DNA of 18,491 bases, from contig JBBCKI010000027.1 in the NCBI GenBank assembly GCA_037190965.1, forward strand, positions 1 to 18,491, in the 5' to 3' direction. Shown in pieces: positions 1-6,884 of this stretch. A program made the position numbers and the translations under genes. This DNA is from Chthoniobacteraceae bacterium. GTDB lineage: Bacteria > Verrucomicrobiota > Verrucomicrobiia > Chthoniobacterales > Chthoniobacteraceae. The notes beneath the pieces are model-generated. The model worked only from the letters and a program-made list of their open reading frames with translations. It was not told the origin of the DNA and searched no databases. How positions within the stretch are numbered: position 1 is the stretch's first letter; each line of letters starts with the position of its first letter.

Positions 1-12
1 CGGGCCATCTTA

Positions 13-33
13 TTCCCTCGTTCCCAAACTCTG
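13..33 (+). repeat. Truncated (21-bp) left end of the 153-bp REPIN-like element
   Basis: ttccctcgttcccaaactctg at 13-33 is identical to 831-851. The match stops just after the hairpin loop (then actcaaaa instead of tttgggaa). Confidence 0.85.
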
Positions 34-161
34 ACTCAAAACACCAGCTAAGCTCGGACACAAAAAGGAGTCTGTCGACAATGATTGTTGAAGACTTCTT
101 CCCCATTCAGAACCAACCCTTTTTCCGAGGTCGATGACGGCTTTGGCTGGACGGATACCAT

Positions 162-719
162 TCAATACTGATCCTCTTTTGGAATATCAATCCCCGCTCG
201 CCTAATCATATCCACGACGATTACACCCAGCCTACGATCTGACTCCGATGCGGTTGAGTTAAAAGCTGTTTGGCTAACAAATACGAATCCAAAGCTATTC
301 TCACGCACTGTCATTTCGATTCTAGAACCATCAGGTTGCACGAAAGGCTCCGATTTAGAAAAACTCTTTCTAACCTCTCGATCATTAACAAATTCAACTA
401 TGCGGTTCAGCACTTCTTGGGAGACGTCTTTTGAAATCGATTCTTGTTTTCGATCTTCTTGATTTTCCGATCTGTACAAATACGTGGCCATGTACATTTT
501 TCCGGAGGCGTCTTTTCCCACATATTGTTCAATTGTGCCGTGAAACGCGCGCCAATACACAATTTTAATTTCAGTGATCTTTTCCATACTTTGTCCGCTT
601 GCACGCACGCCGAGAAGCATCATTGACAAGAAGAAAAGAATGAAGATTTCTCTTAGCCCGAGGTTTCGAACAAAAGACATAGTTAAGCAGTCCATTTTCA
701 TTGATTTTTCTCGTTGCAT
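162..719 (-). CDS. Hypothetical low-GC protein, probably exported or membrane-anchored (start uncertain: 719, 701, 695 or 680)
   Basis: 185-aa ORF with a hydrophobic N-terminal segment (IFILFFLSMMLLGVRASG). Hand counts of four 60-nt lines give 35-45% GC versus 62-70% in two valS lines. No family motif recognised. Confidence 0.7.
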   Translation of the reverse strand: MQREKSMKMDCLTMSFVRNLGLREIFILFFLSMMLLGVRASGQSMEKITEIKIVYWRAFHGTIEQYVGKDASGKMYMATYLYRSENQEDRKQESISKDVSQEVLNRIVEFVNDREVRKSFSKSEPFVQPDGSRIEMTVRENSFGFVFVSQTAFNSTASESDRRLGVIVVDMIRRAGIDIPKEDQY

Positions 720-833
720 TACTTCTCAGAAGGCTTCCTTCTGATTTTTGGAGATCGCTTGTTGTTTCCCGTCAGGATACTCACAAATTTTTGGAGCCCC
801 TTGTAAACAGCAGCAGACGATTTGGAAGTTTTC

Positions 834-986
834 CCTCGTTCCCAAACTCTGTTTGGGAATGCCCGTGTCTTCGGAACTCCAGTTTCGCAACCCCCGTCTG
901 TTCCGGCACGCTGCACGAGATGACAGGGCTTTCGAATCAGAGATTCGAGGACAATGGCATTACCAATCTGGAGATTGGTAACGAGG
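834..986 (+). repeat. 153-bp REPIN/MITE-like palindromic element, copy 1
   Basis: Terminal inverted REP-like units cctcgTTCCCAAAC-tct-GTTTGGGAA and TTACCAATC-tgga-GATTGGTAAcgagg, plus two internal hairpins (872-887, 933-947). About 89% identical to the reverse complement of 2937-3089 by manual alignment. Confidence 0.9.
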
Positions 987-1081
987 AAAGCGGGCGGCGC
1001 GCTACACTAGGCTAGGCGCGGAAGCCCACCTGTGCTACCGCGCAAGCGAAGAATCGAGGCGGTCCAAAACCGCGTTATCCG

Positions 1082-1111
1082 GGGACGCCGGAGAATTCTC
1101 CCCGGCATCCC
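1082..1111 (-). terminator. GC-rich hairpin downstream of PEP-CTERM gene 1 (possible terminator or 3' stabiliser)
   Basis: Minus strand gggatgccgg...ccggcgtccc stem, ~50 nt after the stop codon. No U-tract immediately after it. Confidence 0.35.
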
Positions 1112-1159
1112 AGATCAAATTACACAGAAGCGCCGCCTGTGATTGCGGCTTCCTGAAGC

Positions 1160-1930
1160 TTACGCCTGGACCTTCTTGCCGCGGCGAAGATAAGCCCCCA
1201 CCGCCAAGCCCCCCGCAAGCAATACCCACGTGGAAGGTTCCGGGATGGCGGTCGCGGAGATCTCAAACTTGTGATAATTCCCGGCAAAACCACCCGACCA
1301 ATTGTCTCCTCCGTCATTAGTCGTCGGTATCACCGTCAGGGGAGCCCATTCAGTTCCTACCGGTCCGTATCCGTTCGCGGATGAACTAGTCATCCAGAGC
1401 CAACCCGAGCCTGCCGATCCGGGATCCGTGGCAAGGAGCGTGAAGACATAAGATTTGTTGGCTTGCAACGTCACCGAAAAATCGGGCGAGAACTCTACAT
1501 AGGTCACTCCAATGCCAATGGACCCATAGGTAAACGAGGTCAATGCGGAACCGATCGGCACGCCTGTGCTGCTCGAAGCCTCGTAGAGAGCAGCGGTAAG
1601 TATCCAATCTCCGGGGTTGGACACAGAAAGGGCGGCTCTGATGGCATCAAGTTGATAGTCTTGAGCATCCACCGTAAATGCAAAGCCGGAGCCACCGACA
1701 GCCCCCGGCGAAGTCGTACCCCCGATGGTCAAACCGCCTGCGCCGGCATTCTCCAACGTCGTGAGTTTAACCTCGGCCTCTGCTGTTGACGCCAGAAGGC
1801 TGATTGCACCCATTGCCAAGGCAATGGCGACTGTGCGCGACCCGACCCCGAGCAAGGTTAAAAACGTGCTTCCGTTCTTATCCCGGGTTGAGATATCCGA
1901 TTCTTTTTTCCGATTAATGATGGTTTTCAT
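1160..1930 (-). CDS. PEP-CTERM sorting domain surface protein (choice-of-anchor R-like beta domain)
   Basis: Signal peptide ending ASTAEA. C-terminal IPEPSTWVLLAGGLAVGAYLRRGKK = PEP motif + TM helix + basic tail. Core pattern (FTV..DYQL.AI..AL...LYE....P.GSAL...F.P...TL.ANKSY) resembles choice-of-anchor R domains from recall. Confidence 0.9.
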   Translation of the reverse strand: MKTIINRKKESDISTRDKNGSTFLTLLGVGSRTVAIALAMGAISLLASTAEAEVKLTTLENAGAGGLTIGGTTSPGAVGGSGFAFTVDAQDYQLDAIRAALSVSNPGDWILTAALYEASSSTGVPIGSALTSFTYGSIGIGVTYVEFSPDFSVTLQANKSYVFTLLATDPGSAGSGWLWMTSSSANGYGPVGTEWAPLTVIPTTNDGGDNWSGGFAGNYHKFEISATAIPEPSTWVLLAGGLAVGAYLRRGKKVQA

Positions 1931-1956
1931 GGTTCGTTTGCTAATTCGACAAAGTG

Positions 1957-2001
1957 ATAGTAATATCGCGCCAGATGTATCGACATTTTCCCGAGGAAAA
2001 T
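1957..2001 (-). promoter_or_regulatory. Putative promoter of PEP-CTERM gene 1: -10 TACTAT plus upstream palindrome ATTTTCC-N3-GGAAAAT
   Basis: TACTAT on the minus strand at 1962-1957 and a perfect 7-bp inverted repeat at 1985-2001. Confidence 0.35.
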
Positions 2002-2110
2002 CAATAGCATACCAACGCGTTTCTCAATTCCTCACCGGTTCGTTAAACAAACGAAAGACCACTCAAACCTTTACCAAGGCAAAGGACGCACCAAGACTAT
2101 GGATGGCGGG

Positions 2111-2132
2111 TTGATCCGAGTTGACGGATCAA
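2111..2132 (-). terminator. Hairpin just downstream of PEP-CTERM gene 2
   Basis: ttgatccg-agttga-cggatcaa perfect 8-bp stem, 15 nt after the stop codon. No clear U-tract. Confidence 0.35.
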
Positions 2133-2147
2133 TGCCTGAGTTGGCGT

Positions 2148-2786
2148 TTACGCCACTCGCCGACGTGCCGCAGCCCATGCCGCGACAGCGCCACCGGCCA
2201 GCAATGCCCAAGTGCCGGGCTCAGGAACGGCCGTAATTTCCGCATCGACAGAAAACACTGCGAAATCATCATACCAGCCCCTGTTCGCGCCGTTGATGGC
2301 AAAAACGATAGTATGTGAACCCGCTCCCACGGCCATGGAATCCCCCCTAACAACCGTCCCGCCATCGAGCGTAATTGATGATGAGCCCGTGAACTCCCCT
2401 GTCAACATTGGGTTCGGAAAATTGAATTTGATCAGGGCGTCGCTCGAAAGGTCGATAGTCACCGACATGTTGGTGGTGAATGTCGCCGGGTATTGCCCGG
2501 AAGAGGCGAGTTCATAGGTGACGTAAAGGGAGAGGTAACCGACACCCTGATCCTCATACAGGAGACCTTCACCGCCGATCATAAGAGTCAGACCATCGGG
2601 ACCGCCCCCAATCGAAAAGCCATCATTCGTAAATTCGCTACCGCTCACGTTGTCGCTCCTGATATCCCCTCCTCCGTGGCTGATCGTTCCCGCATAATCA
2701 TAGGTCATGCTGGATGAATTGATGAGATCGGCATGGAGGCTGCCGGAGGCCAAAAGAAGAGCAGCGATGGCAGAGCGAATAATCAT
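2148..2786 (-). CDS. PEP-CTERM sorting domain surface protein
   Basis: Start taken at ATG 2786 (MIIRSAIAALLLASGSLHA signal peptide). C-terminal VPEPGTWALLAGGAVAAWAAARRR. Ser/Thr/Gly-rich body. Confidence 0.9.
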   Translation of the reverse strand: MIIRSAIAALLLASGSLHADLINSSSMTYDYAGTISHGGGDIRSDNVSGSEFTNDGFSIGGGPDGLTLMIGGEGLLYEDQGVGYLSLYVTYELASSGQYPATFTTNMSVTIDLSSDALIKFNFPNPMLTGEFTGSSSITLDGGTVVRGDSMAVGAGSHTIVFAINGANRGWYDDFAVFSVDAEITAVPEPGTWALLAGGAVAAWAAARRRVA

Positions 2787-2817
2787 GGCTCCATCACACC
2801 AAATCACATGAAGTTCA

Positions 2818-2862
2818 ACAATACGGAGGACTCCTCAAAAATTTTGTAGGAAAAGCCCTACA
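2818..2862 (-). promoter_or_regulatory. Putative activator-dependent promoter: TGTAGG-N6-CCTACA box plus -10 TATTGT
   Basis: Perfect palindrome at 2845-2862. TATTGT on the minus strand at 2823-2818, with no consensus -35. Confidence 0.45.
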
Positions 2863-2936
2863 CCGGAGCCTGCAAGCCGCGTCGGATCTTTGCGGATTGA
2901 GCAACTTGCTTTTTTCCTCATTTCCTCGTGCATTTC

Positions 2937-3089
2937 CCTCGTTACCAATCTCCAGATTGGTAATGCCATTGTCCCCGAATCTCTGATTCGGAAGCCTGAC
3001 AATCTCGTGCAGGGTGCGGGAACGGACAAGGATTGCGAAACTGGAGTTTCGAAGACATGGGCGTTCCCAAACAGAGTCTGGGAACGAGG
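2937..3089 (-). repeat. 153-bp REPIN/MITE-like palindromic element, copy 2 (inverted relative to copy 1)
   Basis: The reverse complement aligns without gaps to 834-986 with about 17 mismatches, mostly in the central spacer. Confidence 0.9.
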
Positions 3090-3123
3090 CAAAACTGGGG
3101 CGGATTTGAAATAAGGCGTCCAC

Positions 3124-3236
3124 TCCCGCGCTCTCGGCGAGAGCGGACTACCGGCGCTGCCGCGCCCACGATTCCGCGAAGCTGACGCTACCTCACCCCA
3201 AGGTAGCCTCCCTCTCGTCGAGAGGGAGGGTATCGA
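3124..3236. repeat. Two GTAG-type REP units in divergent orientation (3124-3152 minus; 3202-3236 plus)
   Basis: Revcomp ggtagtccgctctcgccgagagcgcggga and ggtagcctccctctcgtcgagagggagggtatcga: a GTAG tetranucleotide followed by a palindrome. Both match the copies at 7713-7861. Confidence 0.8.
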
Positions 3237-3242
3237 CCGGGC

Positions 3243-5879
3243 TTAACTTCCCAAAGCCTGCTGCATCTTCTGCAACTGGCCGAGCTTCTCGCTCCAATCG
3301 ACCTCGCGTTTCCGGTGTTCTTCCACAACGGCAGCGGGAGCGTTGGCAACGAAGCTTTCGCTGGAGAGCTTTTTGCGCACGGTGACCAATTCGGCCTGCA
3401 CCTTGGCGATCTCCTTTTTGAGCCGGTCAAGCTCGGCGGCCATATCGACCAATCCTTCCAGCGGCATGTAGAGTTCGCCAAGCGGCGTCAATGCGCGCGG
3501 CACCCCGGGGGCCGGGCGGTAGAGCGGATCGATTGTCACCTCCTCCGCCTGGATCAGACGCCCGAAGGTGTCACGCTCCGCGTCCGCCCACTCGGGGTTG
3601 GATTTGAGATAAAAGCGAACCTTCTTGCCGGAAGGAATGCGGTATTCGGCCCGCAGATTCCGCGCGAGGCGGACGGCCTGGTAAACCCCTGCCACGCGTT
3701 CGCGCGCGGCGACGATCCGTTCGCGGTCCAGCCCCGCAAGATGAGTCGGCTCCGGCCAGGCGGCATACATCAGGAAATCCTTCCCGTGCCCCGGGGCGCG
3801 GTAGCCGAGGGTGGCCCAGAGTTCTTCGCTCAGATGAGGCATGAACGGGTGCAGCAATCTCAACAGGCGGTTGAGGATGTAGTCCATGACCGAAAGCGCG
3901 GACTCCTTCGCGGTGGCGTCTTCGCTGAAAATCTCCGTCTTGGCGGCTTCCACGTACCAGTCGCAATACTCGCTCCAGAAGAATTCGTAGAGGAGTTGCC
4001 CGATTTCGTTGAACCGATATTCCGCGTAAGCGGCGTTCACGTTCACGATCAAGTCGTCGAGCTTGGCGAGAATGTCCAGCGAGTAGCTGGAGAGCACCAA
4101 CCCGGAGAGATCGACCTCCGCAAAGCTCGGCCCGTGCATCTGCCGGAAGCGCGCGGCGTTCCAGAATTTGTTGGCAAAGTTGCGGCCTTCCTCGATCTGC
4201 TTTTCGTCGAAGCGAATATCCTGCCCCTGCGGCGCGATGCGCAGGAGACCGAAGCGGATGCCGTCCGCGCCGTACTTGGCGATGAGGTCAAGCGGATCGG
4301 GCGAGTTGCCGAGCGACTTGGACATCTTGCGCCCCTGCATGTCGCGGATCAGGCCGGTGAAGAAGACATTGCCGAACGGCTTCTGCCCCGTGAATTCGTA
4401 CCCCGCCATGATCATCCGGGCGACCCAGAAGAAGATGATGTCCGGGCCGGTCACAAGGTCGTTGGTCGGGTAGAACTTCGCGCGGGTCGCCTCGTCCATC
4501 GTCTCGAACGGCCAGAGCCATGACGAGAACCAGGTGTCGAGCACGTCCTCTTCCTGGGTCCAGTTTTCCTCGTCGGCAGGAGGCTCGATATCGACGTGGA
4601 TCACGGAAGGGTCATCCTTGCGATACCAGACGGGAATCCGGTGCCCCCACCAGAGTTGGCGGCTGATGCACCAGTCCTGGATGTTCTCCATCCAGTGCTC
4701 GTAGACGTTGCCCCAACGCTCGGGGCGGAACTTGATCGCGCCTTCCTTCACGGCATCGCGGGACGCCTGGAGCGACGGGTATTTCAAGAACCACTGGAGG
4801 CTCAGGCGCGGCTCGATCGGCACATCGGCGCGCTCGGAGTAGCCGACGTTGTTCTGGTACGGCTCCTCTTTGATGAGCAGCCCCATCTCGCGCAGCTTCT
4901 CCGCCGCCGCCTTGCGGGCGACGAAGCGGTCGAGCCCGGCGAACTCCGGCCCGGCCAGCTCGTTGAGCGTGCCGTCGGGGTTGAGCACATCGATGATCTC
5001 CAGCTTGTGCCGCTGGCCGATTTCAAAGTCGGCCTTGTCGTGCGCGGGCGTGACCTTGAGGACGCCGGTGCCGAACTTGGGATCGATATGCTCGTCGGCG
5101 ACAATCGGGATCTGCGCCTTCGGGAAAGGACGCCAGACATGGCCGCCGATGAGATGCTTGTACCGCTCGTCCTCCGGATGAACCGCCACCGCCGTGTCGC
5201 CCATGAGCGTTTCGGGCCGGGTGGTGGCGATTTCGAGGTACTCGCCGGGACGATCCACCAGCTCATAGCGCATGTGGTAGAGCGTGCCGTTCTGCGGCTT
5301 CATGATGACTTCTTCGTCCGAAAGCGCAGTGAGCGAAACGGGGCACCAGTTCACCATCCGCCGGCCCCGATAGATCAGGTCCTTGCGGTAAAGATCGACG
5401 AAAACAGCCTGCACGGCGCGGGAGTAGTGCGGGTCCATCGTGAAGCGTTCGCGCGACCAGTCGCACGAGCAGCCGAGCTTCTTGAGCTGCTGGATGATGA
5501 TGCCGCCGTGCTTCTCCTTCCATTCCCAGACGCGTTCCAGGAACTTCTCACGGCCCAGATCGCGCCGGGTCTGCCCCTCTTCTTTGCGGAGTTTCCGTTC
5601 CACCACCGTCTGGGTGGCGATCCCCGCATGGTCGGTGCCGGGGAGCCAAAGCACCTCGTGGCCGAGCATCCGCGCGCGACGGGCGAGCACATCCTGGAGC
5701 GTGTTGTTGAGGACGTGCCCCAGCGTAAGCACCCCCGTGACGTTCGGCGGCGGGATGACGATTGAATAGGCCGGTTTCGGCGAAGCGGGATCGGCAACAA
5801 AACAACCGTCCGCGAGCCAGCGGGCGTACCACTTCTCCTCAACCGATTGGGGCTCGTAGGCTTTGGAAATCTCAGACAT
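3243..5879 (-). CDS. valS: Valine--tRNA ligase
   Basis: PPPNVTG.L(T)LGH, PGTDHAGIATQ, DWCISRQLWWGHRIP, DVLDTWFSS, KMSKS and the C-terminal coiled-coil arm (FVANAPAAVV). Start set at MSEISKAY (5879), giving 878 aa. Confidence 0.98.
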   Translation of the reverse strand: MSEISKAYEPQSVEEKWYARWLADGCFVADPASPKPAYSIVIPPPNVTGVLTLGHVLNNTLQDVLARRARMLGHEVLWLPGTDHAGIATQTVVERKLRKEEGQTRRDLGREKFLERVWEWKEKHGGIIIQQLKKLGCSCDWSRERFTMDPHYSRAVQAVFVDLYRKDLIYRGRRMVNWCPVSLTALSDEEVIMKPQNGTLYHMRYELVDRPGEYLEIATTRPETLMGDTAVAVHPEDERYKHLIGGHVWRPFPKAQIPIVADEHIDPKFGTGVLKVTPAHDKADFEIGQRHKLEIIDVLNPDGTLNELAGPEFAGLDRFVARKAAAEKLREMGLLIKEEPYQNNVGYSERADVPIEPRLSLQWFLKYPSLQASRDAVKEGAIKFRPERWGNVYEHWMENIQDWCISRQLWWGHRIPVWYRKDDPSVIHVDIEPPADEENWTQEEDVLDTWFSSWLWPFETMDEATRAKFYPTNDLVTGPDIIFFWVARMIMAGYEFTGQKPFGNVFFTGLIRDMQGRKMSKSLGNSPDPLDLIAKYGADGIRFGLLRIAPQGQDIRFDEKQIEEGRNFANKFWNAARFRQMHGPSFAEVDLSGLVLSSYSLDILAKLDDLIVNVNAAYAEYRFNEIGQLLYEFFWSEYCDWYVEAAKTEIFSEDATAKESALSVMDYILNRLLRLLHPFMPHLSEELWATLGYRAPGHGKDFLMYAAWPEPTHLAGLDRERIVAARERVAGVYQAVRLARNLRAEYRIPSGKKVRFYLKSNPEWADAERDTFGRLIQAEEVTIDPLYRPAPGVPRALTPLGELYMPLEGLVDMAAELDRLKKEIAKVQAELVTVRKKLSSESFVANAPAAVVEEHRKREVDWSEKLGQLQKMQQALGS

Positions 5880-5933
5880 GGGAGGGTGATATTCGGCGAA
5901 ATACGCCGCTTGTAAAGCCCTCTGAGAGGGGGA

Positions 5934-5970
5934 AAAAGATGCGAATAGGCCTGCGGCCAGGCCGCAGGCC
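5934..5970 (-). terminator. Probable terminator hairpin between hsp20 and valS
   Basis: Perfect 10-bp stem ggcctgcggc-cag-gccgcaggcc (5948-5970), followed on the minus strand by TATTCGCATCTTTTT. Confidence 0.55.
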
Positions 5971-6012
5971 CTCGATTCCATCCCCTTATCTCACCACCCG
6001 CCGGAAAGAAAC

Positions 6013-6723
6013 CTACTCCTTCGGGCTCTCCGGCGGCGGGAGAATCCCCGAGCCGCCGCTGTCTTCATACCCCGCCGCGCCGCGTTCTCCCTGCCCGAAG
6101 GCGTGCTCCGCCTTTTGAGCCGCCGTGCGCGGTGTGTCGGAAGCGCCGGGCGGGTAGACCCCCGATCCCTTCACGACCTCCACCCGGCCTGCGCCTCCTC
6201 CGGGTTCGCCGGTATCCTTCTTCGCGAGCGCTTCCTCCGAAGGCGGAGCAAAGCCGCTTTCAGTAATTGGAATCTTTCTCCCCTCCTCCAGAGCCCCCGG
6301 CTTCCGGGGAAACGTGACCGTCAGCACCCCGTTGCTGAAGTCCGCATTGGCATTCTCCGTGTCCGTATCGGGCGGGAGCGGCAGTGTCCGTTGGAAACTT
6401 CCATAATGGCACTCCTGCACCCTCCGGGCCCGTCTCCCCCGACGCCGTTCCTCATACTTTTCGCCACGGATGTCGATGACCCCCTGACCGACACTGATTT
6501 GCACATTTTGCTCCTCAATACCGGGGAGTTCCGCCGTGACGATGACTTTGTCCTTCTCTTCGTGGATGTCGACCTCCGGCGCAAACGGGAGTTCCGCAAA
6601 CCCCTCTCCGCCGAGACGGCCGCCCGCGTATTCATCAAAAAGCCGGTTCATCTGCCGCCGCAAATTCGCAAGGAGATCGTGCGGACGATCCCCGATCCAT
6701 TCTCCCAGTTCCCCCTTTTGCAT
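6013..6723 (-). CDS. Hsp20/alpha-crystallin family protein with ~80-aa C-terminal extension
   Basis: Alpha-crystallin core PEVDIHE...AELPG...YGSFQRTLPLP...ADFSNGVLTVTFP and the IXI motif KIPI. Start at ATG 6723 preceded by an AGGGGG SD. Confidence 0.92.
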   Translation of the reverse strand: MQKGELGEWIGDRPHDLLANLRRQMNRLFDEYAGGRLGGEGFAELPFAPEVDIHEEKDKVIVTAELPGIEEQNVQISVGQGVIDIRGEKYEERRRGRRARRVQECHYGSFQRTLPLPPDTDTENANADFSNGVLTVTFPRKPGALEEGRKIPITESGFAPPSEEALAKKDTGEPGGGAGRVEVVKGSGVYPPGASDTPRTAAQKAEHAFGQGERGAAGYEDSGGSGILPPPESPKE

Positions 6724-6823
6724 GTCCGAAATCCCCCTTATGAATGGTTTCGAAGCTGCCGCGAGATCAGACCGGATTTTCCGACGTTGCCGTACTCCGG
6801 CGGTCCATGCTATCAATCCAAAG

Positions 6824-6876
6824 AACAGCCACGGGGGGAGATGACCTCAGATTCTCCGCCCGTGGCTGTTTTTATT
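6824..6876 (+). promoter_or_regulatory. Terminator-like hairpin plus U-tract in the 5' leader of the desaturase gene
   Basis: aacagccacggg (6824-6835) pairs perfectly with cccgtggctgtt (6859-6870), is extended by ggaga/tctcc and followed by tttatt. The stem ends 14 nt before ATG 6885. Confidence 0.55.
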
Positions 6877-6884
6877 CCCCCCAT

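Noticed and set aside
29..801. Possible IS-type terminal inverted repeats around the low-GC gene (ctctgactcaaaa at 29-41 and tttttggagcccct at 788-801)
   Set aside because: Only a short CTC-AAAA core is shared, too weak to call TIRs, and there is no transposase remnant.
13..986. Integron attC sites or CRISPR repeats
   Set aside because: No proper RYYYAAC...GTTRRRY attC arrangement, no regular repeat-spacer periodicity, and no intI or cas gene. The full copies are inverted and 2 kb apart.
701..1015. Short ORFs 701..1015, 719..916 and 748..981, and their look-alikes at 2815..3169 sharing peptides such as AFPNRVWERGKT and RGQWHYQSGDW
   Set aside because: The shared peptides are just translations of the 153-bp repeat. 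Similarity stops at the repeat boundaries.
1958..1973. Sigma54 promoter (TGGCGC-GATA-TTAC, minus strand) upstream of PEP-CTERM gene 1
   Set aside because: It fails the strict GG-N10-GC rule.
3315..5765. Long + strand ORFs (402 aa, 389 aa) antisense to valS
   Set aside because: Antisense shadow frames caused by GC-rich codon bias, with no recognisable motifs.
5880..6012. T-box riboswitch upstream of valS
   Set aside because: The leader is only ~130 nt and lacks the T-box consensus. The hairpin is better explained as the hsp20 terminator.
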